A stretch of DNA of 63,743 nucleotides, the filler included, from Aduncisulcus paluster (taxonomy: Eukaryota): the NCBI GenBank assembly GCA_024181965.1. It is 7 parts of 7 records of this genome, joined end to end, with 100 filler letters (N's around TTAATTAATTAA, not from the genome) between each part and the next. Parts side by side here need not be neighbours in the genome. Positions count along the whole stretch, not along the records: positions 46,479 to 60,276 come from BQXS01009715.1; positions 60,377 to 63,743 come from BQXS01009717.1; 5 more parts are not named here. One strand, given 5' to 3'. Numbering within the stretch: the stretch's first letter is position 1; each line of letters starts with the position of its first letter. A model generated the notes under the pieces. That model made no database searches and was not told where the DNA came from. It worked only from the letters and a program-made list of their open reading frames with translations. Both the position numbers and the translations under genes were made by a program. Shown in pieces: positions 52,251 through 63,743 of the stretch.

Positions 52251-55200
52251 TCAAATGTCGAACCTTTCCAAAGTCTTTAGATTCCTATATACTTCATTCT
52301 TCTTCTTTCCCTTGCTTGGAGGTTTCAGCCTTTCTGGAATCAAACATATAAATGTAAAACAAATCACAAAAATACCAATAGTTAATGTGTAGAAAACAAT
52401 TTGATTCCCCACGTAAGATCTAACATTCTTTATAAATTCAATAGTTTGGTTAATTTTCATGTAATACACGAGACTTACGGCACTTACTGGAGAAAATCCA
52501 ACTCTTTTGGCCGTTTTGGTCCAGATATCTTTCGTTTCCCATGGTTTTAAGTGCTTCATTGATGGTTCATGGAATTGTACGGATGAATTATTATCATTAG
52601 CTTGTGAATTTGACTCTGAACTAACAATATCATCCAATAAAAGATCTTTAAAAGTTGAATAAATGGCACATTCACGTGTGTTATGTCGCAGAATGAAACA
52701 ATGCTTTGTCCAATCGATCAACAGATCCATGATATATACTGATATCATCACACACAATGCAGCAACATGACACGTGACAGACTCAGGCTCAATCCAAGAA
52801 AACTTATCACAGAACCGAGTGATAAGCAAGAGCAAAAACTCTGGAATTATATCAACCCAGGTCTCAGAGGCGAATGACATCAAAACAATATACAAAAGAG
52901 TTGTAAATCGACTATGGGCATCTGCAAGGAATGTTTGAAATATTGTCCGATCCCCCTGACGTCTCAAGACAACCTTTTTGAGAACCNNNNNNNNNNNNNN
53001 NNNNNNGAATGAAACAATGCTTTGTCCAATCGATCAACAGATCCATGATATATACTGATATCATCACACACAATGCAGCAACATGACACGTGACAGACTC
53101 AGGCTCAATCCAAGAAAACTTATCACAGAACCGAGTGATAAGCAAGAGCAAAAACTCTGGAATTATATCAACCCAGGTCTCAGAGGCGAATGACATCAAA
53201 ACAATATACAAAAGAGTTGTAAATCGACTATGGGCATCTGCAAGGAATGTTTGAAATATTGTCCGATCCCCCTGACGTCTCAAGACAACCTTTTTGAGAA
53301 CCTTGAAGCGTGTAGATATCATCAAACTTACCAAACTGACACTCTTGCTTGATATAGCGATCAATAACGTCGTCATTTGGCATTGCATGAGGATAGTATG
53401 GATGACAGAATGTAATAACAGGAATGTTGTTGACACAACGATGGAAAACGGAGAGGATTGGATGGAATCCAGAGACATGGAGGTCAATTGTGAGTGTGTA
53501 GCATCAATATTGGACTGTTTCTCAAACTTATATGACGATTTAAGCTTCAAATGATGAACATGACCCGAAGAAACACCACGGAAAGAACCAGGAACACTCA
53601 GAACACGGTCAGCACCCTGGTCACTACTTGGCTGTGGAATTCTCAGAGTTGGTATAGATTCTTTGGAACGATGGCTATTATCATGACCGCCAATAGACGG
53701 ATACGATGACCGGTTAATACCGGTTTGTCGAGAAGAATCTCGTGGACCCAACTTTAATTTATCCTTTTCCTTTTCGATCTCGATGTTTCTCTTAATGTTT
53801 GAAGCCATTGAAGATAATAAAGGGAGTGTATCAACTGATTTAATATTCTGATAGGGAGATAGATCACCAAACTCACTCTGACTCTCCGAATGGAAACCAG
53901 TACTGTAATTGTGATCATATCCCCGGTTTCTACCGAAGCGAGGAGACGATCTCCCGGAGCCAGACGGCGAGTGTGGTGTGGAAATAGACATAGATAACCT
54001 TGGAGCAGTGAGAGAGAGAGCTAGGCAAGGGAATGGATGAAAATGAAACAACGCTTGTTGGAGATGAAACAGTGCGAGCTGGAAGAGTAGAAGTGGATGT
54101 GGAAGTGGAAGTTCCAAGTAACTCACCAGCAGTATCATCAGCATCGGTGTGGATATTAATAGACACAGATGAATCAGAGTCGGATACACAAGCGGTTGGA
54201 ATTGGTCGAAACGGTTCAAGAGGATCATCCTTTCCTCTTCTGGGAGAGTGTTGTAATGAAGGGTCACTTTTAGAGTCAACCATGCAACCTTGACCACGTG
54301 ATTGGTATAAGAATTTTGAATTAGAATCGGTAGATGCGATGGATACGATCTCATGTTCTTCAATATAGGATGGCACATCAAGTTTCCTGAAAAGATAATG
54401 TGAGACTCTTCTTTTATCCACCTCTTCAGAGTCTTCACCTTGGGAACAAGGATATTCACGCGGCTCTTCCTCTTCGTCTGCCTCTGCCTCTTCTTCTTGT
54501 TCCAAAGATTCTTCCGAGGATTTTTCCCTCGCTTCTCGGTCTTTTCGATCACAACTAAACTCGAGCATCGAATTTTTGAACCGATTGTCATCGTTCGGAA
54601 CAATTTCATGAGAAAATAGATTTGGGGACGAAGAAGAAGAATAGGCACTCTTCTCTTCCTCTGATTCAGATTCTTCACTGGTTCTTGGTTCCTCAGACTC
54701 TTTCTCACTTTCAACGAGGTCTATTTTTGTATTACTGAATAATGATCTACTCATTTGTTTTGCATTAAGAGATTGTCTTCTTGACGGAGTTCTTGGCGGA
54801 GTTTTGATGATTGAATCTTTTCGATCGAAGGAAACACGAGATGAGCAGCGAGGAACACTCTTGGAACTTTGGGGACTTTCTATCACAAGAGATGGAATAG
54901 TCTCTTCTATATTTGTAACATCAGTGATATTTTCTTCTTGAATAGGCTGCGTATCTTCGGTTTCTGTTTCTATTTGCTGTTTTTTCGCCATAGACATGAA
55001 AAAATCAGTCAGAGTTTGACAATCATGTTCGACACTGTCAGATAGGTCTGCAGCGAGACTATTCAATAATCTATCAATAATCACAATAATATTGTAAATT
55101 GTATAGACTTTTAGATATGACTGAGACCTTAGAAAATGATACATCACTGACATATCAAATAACTGATGAAGAATATAAGCTGTCATAATACAAACAGAAA

Positions 55201-55420
55201 CCATAATAATTCTTTTGAATTTATAGCGAGTTGGTCTTATAAAAACCGTGAATAAATCATAAATAGCATAAAATGGATCAAGGAGCAAAAATTTAATCAA
55301 CACCCGTATTGAACAGCAAAGTGAGGCAAACATGGCATTTTCAAAATAAAATCCCGTTAATAAAAAATTATTAATGCGAAAAGCTCCTCGTCTAATACGG
55401 TCCCGCCTTGGATTATTCAT
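52251..55420 (-). CDS. TAPT1: TAPT1/EMP65 (DUF747) ER membrane protein with a long low-complexity insertion; frameshift near 54015
   Basis: MYHFLRSQSYLKVYTIYNII.IIDRLL, RFKVLKKVVLRR and LIDWTKHCFILRHN. The split at gap 52987-53006 is a duplication artefact. Confidence 0.8.
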
Positions 55421-55864
55421 AGGGGAAAAATATCAAGCCAGCCGATCAATAATCTGGAAATATAAATAATAAATAATAAATAATATAAATTATGAAAATA
55501 AATACAAGAAAAATGGTTAGATCATACCAATACCTTGCCCAAAACAGTCAATAATACGAAGTTCATGATTAAAAAGTCAAATCCTTTATTAAAGTAGTAA
55601 TTAGATTTCAAACTAATCTTACGAAGAACCATTTCTGTTGAATATCCTGACATATTCCCGTGATTCTCTATTTATGACAAGATAATCTTGCAAAAATTTT
55701 CACAAGTAATCTAGAAATAATTCTAGAGGTTGGTTGTTTAAATTTTGTCTATCCATTCTTAAACATCAATAAACTGTTTTAATTACCTTTGTTTATTTAC
55801 CAGTTGCCAAGACAAAATAAAACGTTGATTTTCTGCCAAATCATATTTGTTTCTATATTAATTT

Positions 55865-58800
55865 ATGCTTCAACCTGTCCCACCATCATCCAAAGGTCAG
55901 AGTCGTGGGTCTACAGGGCAAAATAGAGGTTCGATGGGCCATAGAAGTGTAAAACGGCCAAATCTCACTACCTCAGGGAGTGTAGGATCCATAAAACAGA
56001 AATTAACAGTTGACCGAATTAAAAAAATGCATAATCAAAAACAAAAAGAAGAAGAAGCGATTCGGGAGAAGGAAAGATTAGAAAAAGAAGCAAAAGCTAG
56101 AGAGAGAGCTGAACTTGTGGCCAAAGAAGAAAGAATATTACAAGCAGCTCGAGATCAACCCAAAGTTAATGTTAATGATGCCCNNNNNNNNNNNNNNNNN
56201 NNNTCACTACCTCAGGGAGTGTAGGATCCATAAAACAGAAATTAACAGTTGACCGAATTAAAAAAATGCATAATCAAAAACAAAAAGAAGAAGAAGCGAT
56301 TCGGGAGAAGGAAAGATTAGAAAAAGAAGCAAAAGCTAGAGAGAGAGCTGAACTTGTGGCCAAAGAAGAAAGAATATTACAAGCAGCTCGAGATCAACCC
56401 AAAGTTAATGTTAATGATGCCCCTCCTAAGAAGTTACAGAGTGCAGATTCAGAATATCAACAACAACTGGCGGAAATCCAGGAAAGAATTAGCCGAACTT
56501 TATATGCCTATGATAAAAGTAATACTAAAGCTAGATTAATGGAAGAACAGATGGCCCGTGAACAGACAGTTGCTGCCATTGAAGAAGAAACTCGCTTAGA
56601 AGCTCTTGCCAAACAGTCTTCTAGTGCATCAACCGCTTCGATTAAAGGCCCCAAATCATCAAATCCATCTGCTTTACTCATGTCAGAAGGAATATCACGA
56701 GACCTTTCACAACTAACTGTCACCAAGAAAGAAGTGACTGATTTGTTAGATACTGGATTCGGAGCCCTGTCATCTCACCTTGCAAAGAAGCGTATTTCCA
56801 TGCTCATGAAGGATCACGAACTTTTATCGCAACGCCGGGACCTTTATTTGTCCTTACTTGAAGATTGGGTTGTTAACGAGAAGAAATCGACGGAAGAAGA
56901 GCAGAAGTTATGGATGGATGATATGACACGTGTTGTATCACAGCTTAAATCACAGAGAGAGAAGCAGAAAGAGCGTCGTAAGAGACGTGCTGGAGCAGCC
57001 AGTCAAAATCCCTCATCCGCCCTCTCCAGGACCAAAAGTCATACCAGTTCCACGTTATCCCTTGTCAATGGTCCTTCTTCCTCCTCTTCTCGTCCCTCAA
57101 CTTCAGCATCTTTAGCTTCCTCTCCCTCTTCCCAGACATTATCTCATCATCCGAGTGGTGAAATTGATGTTATTCTGGATATGTTTAAACAATTGGAAAA
57201 AGATCGAGAGATTAGAGAATCATCGCCAAATCCTTTATCCCAATTCTCTGAATCTGCAGATGTTGACGGGAATGGAGTGATTTCTCCTGAAGAACTATTT
57301 GCAACACTGCTATCTTTATCCGATCAAGGAGTGATCCCCCAATCTGCTCTATCTTTAGAATCATATGAGAAAGTTCTTGTTCCAACCACCACTCGGCGGG
57401 ACATTGAGAAAATGGAACGAACTGTCCAATCTGTTACAGACCAATTAAACGAGTCCCAGCATTTATGGGTTCATAACAAGGAGCGTCTTGAGAAAATGCG
57501 AGAGTTCTTTCGTTGGCTAATGCAGCAATGGGAGTTGGAAGACCAGGAACAACAAGCTTTTGAAGAAGGCATTCTTGACGCTGAAAGTGGAGCACATCTC
57601 TCTTCAGACGGAGTGTATGATGGCAGTTCTAAGGGTTCAGATTCCTCTTCATCTGCCCGTTCTATTGAAGAAATGAAGAGAAAAATCTCATCGAGACTAC
57701 TTTCAAGGTCAAAATCCTCAGGAAATTCAGCTTTGGTGAGCAAACTTCAGTCTCAATTGCAGCAACAGCAAAACAGCACTCAGCAAGCCCTCCGACGTGT
57801 CCAACTTCTCCTTGCTGCCATTATCCACGTTGCCTCACACACGACAGAAGATTGGGAGACTGATCTTGTGTCCGTTGTTGGGGAGAGAGTGGCTGGTTTA
57901 ATTATCGGTGCTACTAAATCGTCGAAACAAAGGGACGATTCATCAGATATTAAACGAGATGATTATTCTTCTGGTGGAATCTCTGCCAACCTTTTGATGG
58001 ATGATCTTATTGTGAACATGGCTGAAATTAGCACACAAACTGACATTACACACGTTGACGAAAGTTCTCCTCCAAGCATTATTAAGCAATCTGATACTGT
58101 GGGTGGCGTTGAGCAACAAGGGCAAATTGTATATCCTGTCGTAAATGTTTCTTCAGGTGTTGGTAGTAGCGCCCCAAGTAATACTGTGAATAATATTGGG
58201 CATGGTGGGGTTCGATCCCAAGGCTCCATTCCAACACTCATGTCCCCGTATGGAATGGGCTTTGGAAGTGATATTGTAACGGATCCTGCCGAACCAGGCC
58301 GTTCTTTACAAGAGCATCTTAAACAAGTTGAAATTAGTCTCGGTCAGTGGAAAAAGAAGAGAGACGAATTTGACTCTGAAGACCTTGGCCATGTTGATGA
58401 GGAAGGAAACACTGTATTCCCTCCCACACCGATTCTCCCAGCCCTCGACCTCTCAAAAGTTATTCTTATGACACAAAGACCCACCCAAGGATTTGGAGTT
58501 CCGGAGACCACCCACCACCAACAATCATCTTTGGCCCCAGATAAGACTCAAAAGGGAGAAGAATCTGGTACCAATTCCGATGGGATACAAGCTCGTCTCG
58601 ATAAAGCCGAACAAGAGAACAAAGATCTACGCCAAGGAATGTATTCACTCCTCCTGGCAGTTCAGTCTCTTCAACAGGGAGTCAGAGCGAGAGATAGTGA
58701 GATTTTGTTGTACAAAAATGCTCTTAGTTCTTGTGATCAGACCAAAGAGAGGGATATTGTTGTGAAACAGACCATAGATGTGTGCAAGAATGTATTTTTA

Positions 58801-60276
58801 CAAGGAGTCGAGGGAAAAGATGATGAAACTGAAGAATTCGAAGAAAAACAAGAGACGTCACGTGATAAATCTGAGAATATACCCTCGAAATCAGAAGGTA
58901 TCATTGTTAAGGATTCACAAGATAGTGTTGTTAAAACTCAAGCCCAAAGTCCGAACACTGCATCCAATGAACAGGATATCACTACGCTTCCCCCTATTGT
59001 GCCCAAGCTTGAACACATCCAATCTGCCTCTTCTCTGTCCAATGAATCGGATAAGGATATATCACAACGGACATCCCAGACGTCCAGACCGACTCCTTCT
59101 AGAGATCTCACACAGGACAAAGACGTATCCTCAGTGCCCATTCTCCCGAATCCTCTGCTCTGTGAACGTGTGATTGAGCACGTCGCCCAGGAGGTCTCTT
59201 CAGCAAGACAGACCTGGGCCGATGAGAATGCCAAACAACTTCACAGAATTGAAATGCAGCATCAAATACGACTCAATGAGGCTCTGAGAAAGTCAGTAGA
59301 GGAAAAGGCTATGTTATTCCAACGTCTTGAGGCTTTGGAACATGAAAATGCCAGTCTCAAGAAGCTTAGGCAAAAGAAATCTTCCCCTTCGAGCTCTGCT
59401 CCTACTGTTGGCGACTCCAAAGAAGGACCCAAGGAAGGACCCAAGGAAGGAGATGTGATCATTAAACGTTCTGATTCAATTAACCCCCCAACTCATGTTG
59501 AAGATGGTGAAGATGGAAAGGTTGATCCCGATCGGTTACCTTCTTCTTCTCCCAATAATGAAATTGATGATACAACGATAGATGAACAAGAAGGACAAGA
59601 TGGACATATGTCAGGAAAAGATATCCTAATTCCTTCCCTGGCCACCCAACTATTTTTAGCCACTGCAATGGATGAAGCTGATGATAATAGTCGTAGGGAT
59701 ATCATTTCAATGCGTGAACAAAACGTCCAGATTGCAGAGGCTAAAATTGAATCAATGCAGCGAATTATTCAACAAAAGAGTTCAAAAATAGCCGAGATTG
59801 AGAAACAAGTCGCAAGTATTGTATCTGTGATGGAGGAGAAAGAAAAAGAGCTTGAAGAGGAAAAGAACAGGAGAGATAAGTTGCATAAACTCGAAATGGA
59901 TATGAGAGAACATGCAGAAAAGGCCAGAGAACTTGAATATGAGAAGGAGAAAGAACTTACTCAAGAGGAAATGCGAATGGTGGAACAAGAAGTTGAGGCG
60001 AGAGAAAGAGAAATTGATTTACTTGAGAAGGCTTTGGCTGATCTTGAAGGGAAAAACCAAGAATTACGGGATGCCATATTGGATTTGGAGAAGAAAGCCG
60101 AAGAGTTCGAACAATTGGTCCCGGCGGAAACCGATGATTCTGCCGAAAAGGAACGAAAAGATCTTGAACGCCAGGCTGTTATTAAGGCCCGTGAAGAACG
60201 TCAAAAACGAAGAGAAAAAGAGCGTGAGAGAGAAGAAGCTGCTAAAAAATTGAGAGAGGAAGAGAAGAAGAAGAGG
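55865..60276 (+). CDS. Giant coiled-coil protein with an EF-hand-like motif, 3'-truncated
   Basis: >1400 codons joined across gap 56184-56203. DVDGNGVISPEEL fits an EF-hand loop. Confidence 0.75.
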
Positions 60277-60376
60277 NNNNNNNNNNNNNNNNNNNNNNNN
60301 NNNNNNNNNNNNNNNNNNNNTTAATTAATTAANNNNNNNNNNNNNNNNNNNNNNNNNNNNNNNNNNNNNNNNNNNN

Positions 60377-61700
60377 CATCAACATCAGTATCATCATTTT
60401 CCACCAAAGCATCACTACCACCACTGAGTTCCTCGTAATCAGTCCCTCCACTTCTGTGCAGATCTTTCATAATCTCAGCTTGGTCACGATGGTCCTTCCC
60501 CACCACCGCTCTCTCCCTCTCTTCGATGACACATATCTCACCTTCATCCGATAAAGGAAGGTGAGAAAGTACGATCACATCATCGAATAAACTCTCACAT
60601 CCTTGCTCATACCCATACCAATACACGACACACCCTTTCCCATTCTTCTCTGTGAAACGAGAGTACTGGCGAACATATTGCTTTCTATGGTATGAGATTG
60701 ATCCGAATATGGCTTTGCTATCAATCCAGTTGACGAGATGGCCTTTTACGACAATCGGAACGTCAAGCAGGATATCTGGAACGCCTGTGACTCCACCACA
60801 GACATAGAGCATCTCTTCGGTAATAAAGTGTGTTTTATACTGAAGTAGCTGCTGTTGTAATATATACTCATACTCTGCACCGATCGAACACCCACTGCCA
60901 CCCCAGAAAGAGGCTGAACCTAGCTGACCACTGCAATCAATGGCAAAAGAACACGCATTGGAGGGAGGGGTGGGGAAAGTCATGCTCAAAGATTCTTTTT
61001 TAGCCTTTCTATCATCTTTAAGCCACATGTCAGCAGCTTTCTCAGTCGATGGAGCAGTTGGTAAGGCAGATAATAGAGGGAAGGTCTCACGTTCAAGCGC
61101 TTCCCTGTTGAAAAGAGGAGTATCTGACTCTAATAGAGCATTTAATGATGGAATATCACCTTCTTCCTCATCTTTACCAGTCTCTTCTTCAAATATTGAT
61201 CGAGAAGGAGTATGATGAGAGATGGAATCAAGACGTTGAAATATTTGAATATAATCCCTAAACGGCGGGGATATTGTACGTATAAGAGAAGGGGAAAGAA
61301 AGATATGGGATGGAATTCTTGAGAATGACACGAATTTCTGAGAACGGGCATGAATGATTTTATGGTCATGAAGAAGGAGTTTCTTCCTGACATCATATCC
61401 TTGTTGGGCACGAATCACAGCAATGATGGGAATAGAAGGTTCTAGAAGCACTTCTGAAGGGAAAGTGAACTTCACATTATGTTTTGATGTGGAACCATGG
61501 TGGCTTTCCATGTGTCTTGAAATGGTCTTAATCATAGTAATAGTTGGTTCTATTGCAATATGTAAATTTGAATGTTTCTCAAATACTCGATTTCTCGAGA
61601 TAATTGAATCTATTGTTAAATGTGGTTTGTCAAGACATAACTGTCTATCTTTTTTATATTCTTGATTTTGAAGTTCTAATAAATTAGATAGTACACTCAT
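60377..61700 (-). CDS. CDIN1: CDIN1/C15orf41-like (TPD domain, PD-(D/E)XK nuclease-like), 3'-truncated
   Basis: GAEYEYIL, FITEEML, VPDILLDVPIVVKGHLVNWIDSKAIFG and GKGCVVYWYGY. Confidence 0.8.
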
Positions 61701-62070
61701 TATTTCATTTTAAATTCTCTATAGCGAGAAAAAGGAGATTCATGGGAAAAGACAAAAACTTATTGTGGAGTCTACATTTGATTGCATATGGAAATTCAAA
61801 GATATATTTAATGAAGCAAGTTTAACATTTTTTTGAATTTTTGATTCTAAATGTTATTAAAATGGTCATATTTGGAGGTAGTGAATCTGCCTGTTTTAAA
61901 AAGCCATTGTTTAAATCTTGGAATCAATCAAATCAGATTTTCCATATCAACGTCTAAATTAACCAGGTTTAAGAATTATTTTGGTATTATAACTATTATA
62001 TCATTCTCCGGCATTCTTATCTTTCATCCAGGTATAATATGTTGATATTCTCTGTATTTCTGCCAAATAC

Positions 62071-63244
62071 ATGCCAAGTCCAAAATTTTATTGTAATATA
62101 TGTTGGAGAAGTCTTCTATTTGATCAACCAAATGCCTTTACTAGTTGTGGTCATTTCATATGTGCTGAATGTCAACAATTTTCGCCAGGACAAGATATAA
62201 TATGCCCATTTTGCAGTTCAAATTGTAGTACAATACCTATTTCGCATGATGTATGTATTCTTTTTTCGTTTTTTTTCTCTTTCGCTTTCTGCTATCAATT
62301 CTAATATAACCCCTCATATCATATTTTATTGGAAGTTGAGTCGTATTCCTGGGAGTGTTAGGAGGTTTTTCATGGATCCTCAGGATTTATTATCACAAGC
62401 TATTGAAGTTTACAAATTTCAAGTATCTCATAGAAATGCACGTGATTCAAGTGTTAAAGAACAATTACTTAAATTTTCTGCTGTTTCTGCTGATTTGAAG
62501 CATGCAAAACGAGAACTGCAGGACCCAAATGGGATTGTATCAAAACTAAAAGGTGAGATTAGTAGTCTTCGGTCGTCAATCGAGAGAATGAGAATGGAAC
62601 GAAAAAGAATGGTTAATTCTTCTCGAACTATGCATAAATCAAGTGAAAAGGTTGTATTTTCTCGTCAAAGACCACCTGAAGGTCGTGGAATGTCTGTTGC
62701 TCGTCATGGTGGAAATGAGACATTTCGATTACAAAGAATGGAACTGTCAAAATCGGCAAGGACTTTCAAACCGCCCAAAGATATGGCTATTCGTCGTGAA
62801 GGTAGTGTAAGTTTACTTCTTTCCACTCCCTTATTGTCTTCTCGGCCTGCTCCTCCCCCTGGTCGTCAATCCTCTCGATATCCACCTTCAAAATATTCTG
62901 AATCGTCACGAAAACATCGTTCAAATTCTAAATTAGCCATATGTATGTTACTTTATTATTATCTATCAATTTTATTCAAAATTTATCTAATATCTAATTG
63001 GAATCTTTATTTCTTTAATTTCTTTATATTCCTTTGTATTGGATTCTCCTTTTTGTATTTTTTTGCATTATACGTTATTTTTTTAGATCGAACTCCTGCT
63101 CTTGGGCATCAAGCAACTCCAGAACCTACACGTCTTTCTGTGCCTCGTCTTCTCCATTCCAGCCATAGAAAGAGTGTCAGCGTTGGAAGAGTGGATGAAA
63201 CACATGAGTCCTCGTTATCTAGGTTTGATTTACTTGCAAAATAA
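62071..63244 (+). CDS. RNF212: RNF212/Zip3-like meiotic RING E3 ligase; exons 62071-62250, 62336-62942 and 63087-63244
   Basis: CNIC..TSCGHFICAEC..CPFC RING, then RFFMDP..EVYKFQ, a coiled coil and an S/R/P-rich tail. Two GTATGT...AG introns keep the frame. Confidence 0.7.
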
Positions 63245-63536
63245 ACATGATTACGCAATATTTTCCTGAATAATCATCTGCCATTCCCAGAAGATATTGA
63301 ACCTCAGATTGCATATATTACACAGTTAAAAAAAAATGCAATTCACGGCTATATTAGAATTTATTTTATAAAAATTTTCGATGACAGAATAATCTTCAAG
63401 AAAAAAAAATATGCTCAGAATTGTGCTCCTTTCCCCTCTGTCTGCTTCCTTTTTTGCTGATTTTGATTTCTTTGATTCTTTGTCTATCTTTTATTTAAAA
63501 ATATAAGCTAAATCCCAATATAATAGATAGTATTCA

Positions 63537-63743
63537 ATGGAGTTTCATTTTGCTTCGGAATCAACGATTCCAACAGAAATACATCAATATTCAAGAGATC
63601 CTAGAGCTTATTTTGGTGATCTTGGGATTGCTGAAGGGGATAGTTATCCTGGTCAGTTATCATCTCCTTCCTTATTTTCTCCGACAAGTTCTAAACAGCA
63701 AGTTTTTATAAAAAATCAATCTTTTGATGAAAAAATGCATTTT
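63537..63743 (+). CDS. Start of a hypothetical protein running off the window
   Basis: ATG at 63537, open for 69 codons (MEFHFASEST...). Confidence 0.45.
   Translation, partial: MEFHFASESTIPTEIHQYSRDPRAYFGDLGIAEGDSYPGQLSSPSLFSPTSSKQQVFIKNQSFDEKMHF

Overview
AT-rich, gene-dense, intron-poor eukaryotic DNA in the standard genetic code, with short GTATGT...AG introns. The gene set (IscS/Nfs1, bacterial-like NADP-GDH, CEP131-like) suggests an anaerobic flagellate such as a fornicate; this is inference only. The window is not contiguous: seven contigs are joined by artificial N-TTAATTAATTAA-N linkers, and six 20-N gaps are flanked by duplicated sequence that falsely splits genes. Host genes include CEP131-like, USP5/13-like, a tail-anchored copine, TAF10-like, SF1/BBP, NFS1, PUF6/PUM3, GDH, a DUF1295 fusion, a BPI/LBP protein, TAPT1/EMP65, CDIN1-like, RNF212/Zip3-like, and several large low-complexity proteins. 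The contig at 36340-46378 is a nest of Ty3/Gypsy (chromovirus-like) fragments plus a hAT remnant. Best candidates for novelty: (1) a ~520-bp cassette at 45837-46360, bracketed by a 12-bp direct repeat, holding nine hairpins with a conserved NCGCA loop and co-varying stems spaced at alternating ~22/~33 nt, followed by an 11-bp tandem repeat; (2) a family of ~80-100 bp LTR-like elements in which an AT-rich perfect palindrome occupies the tRNA primer-binding-site position; (3) an ~870-bp palindromic GGTATTACC/GGTAATACC foldback array.
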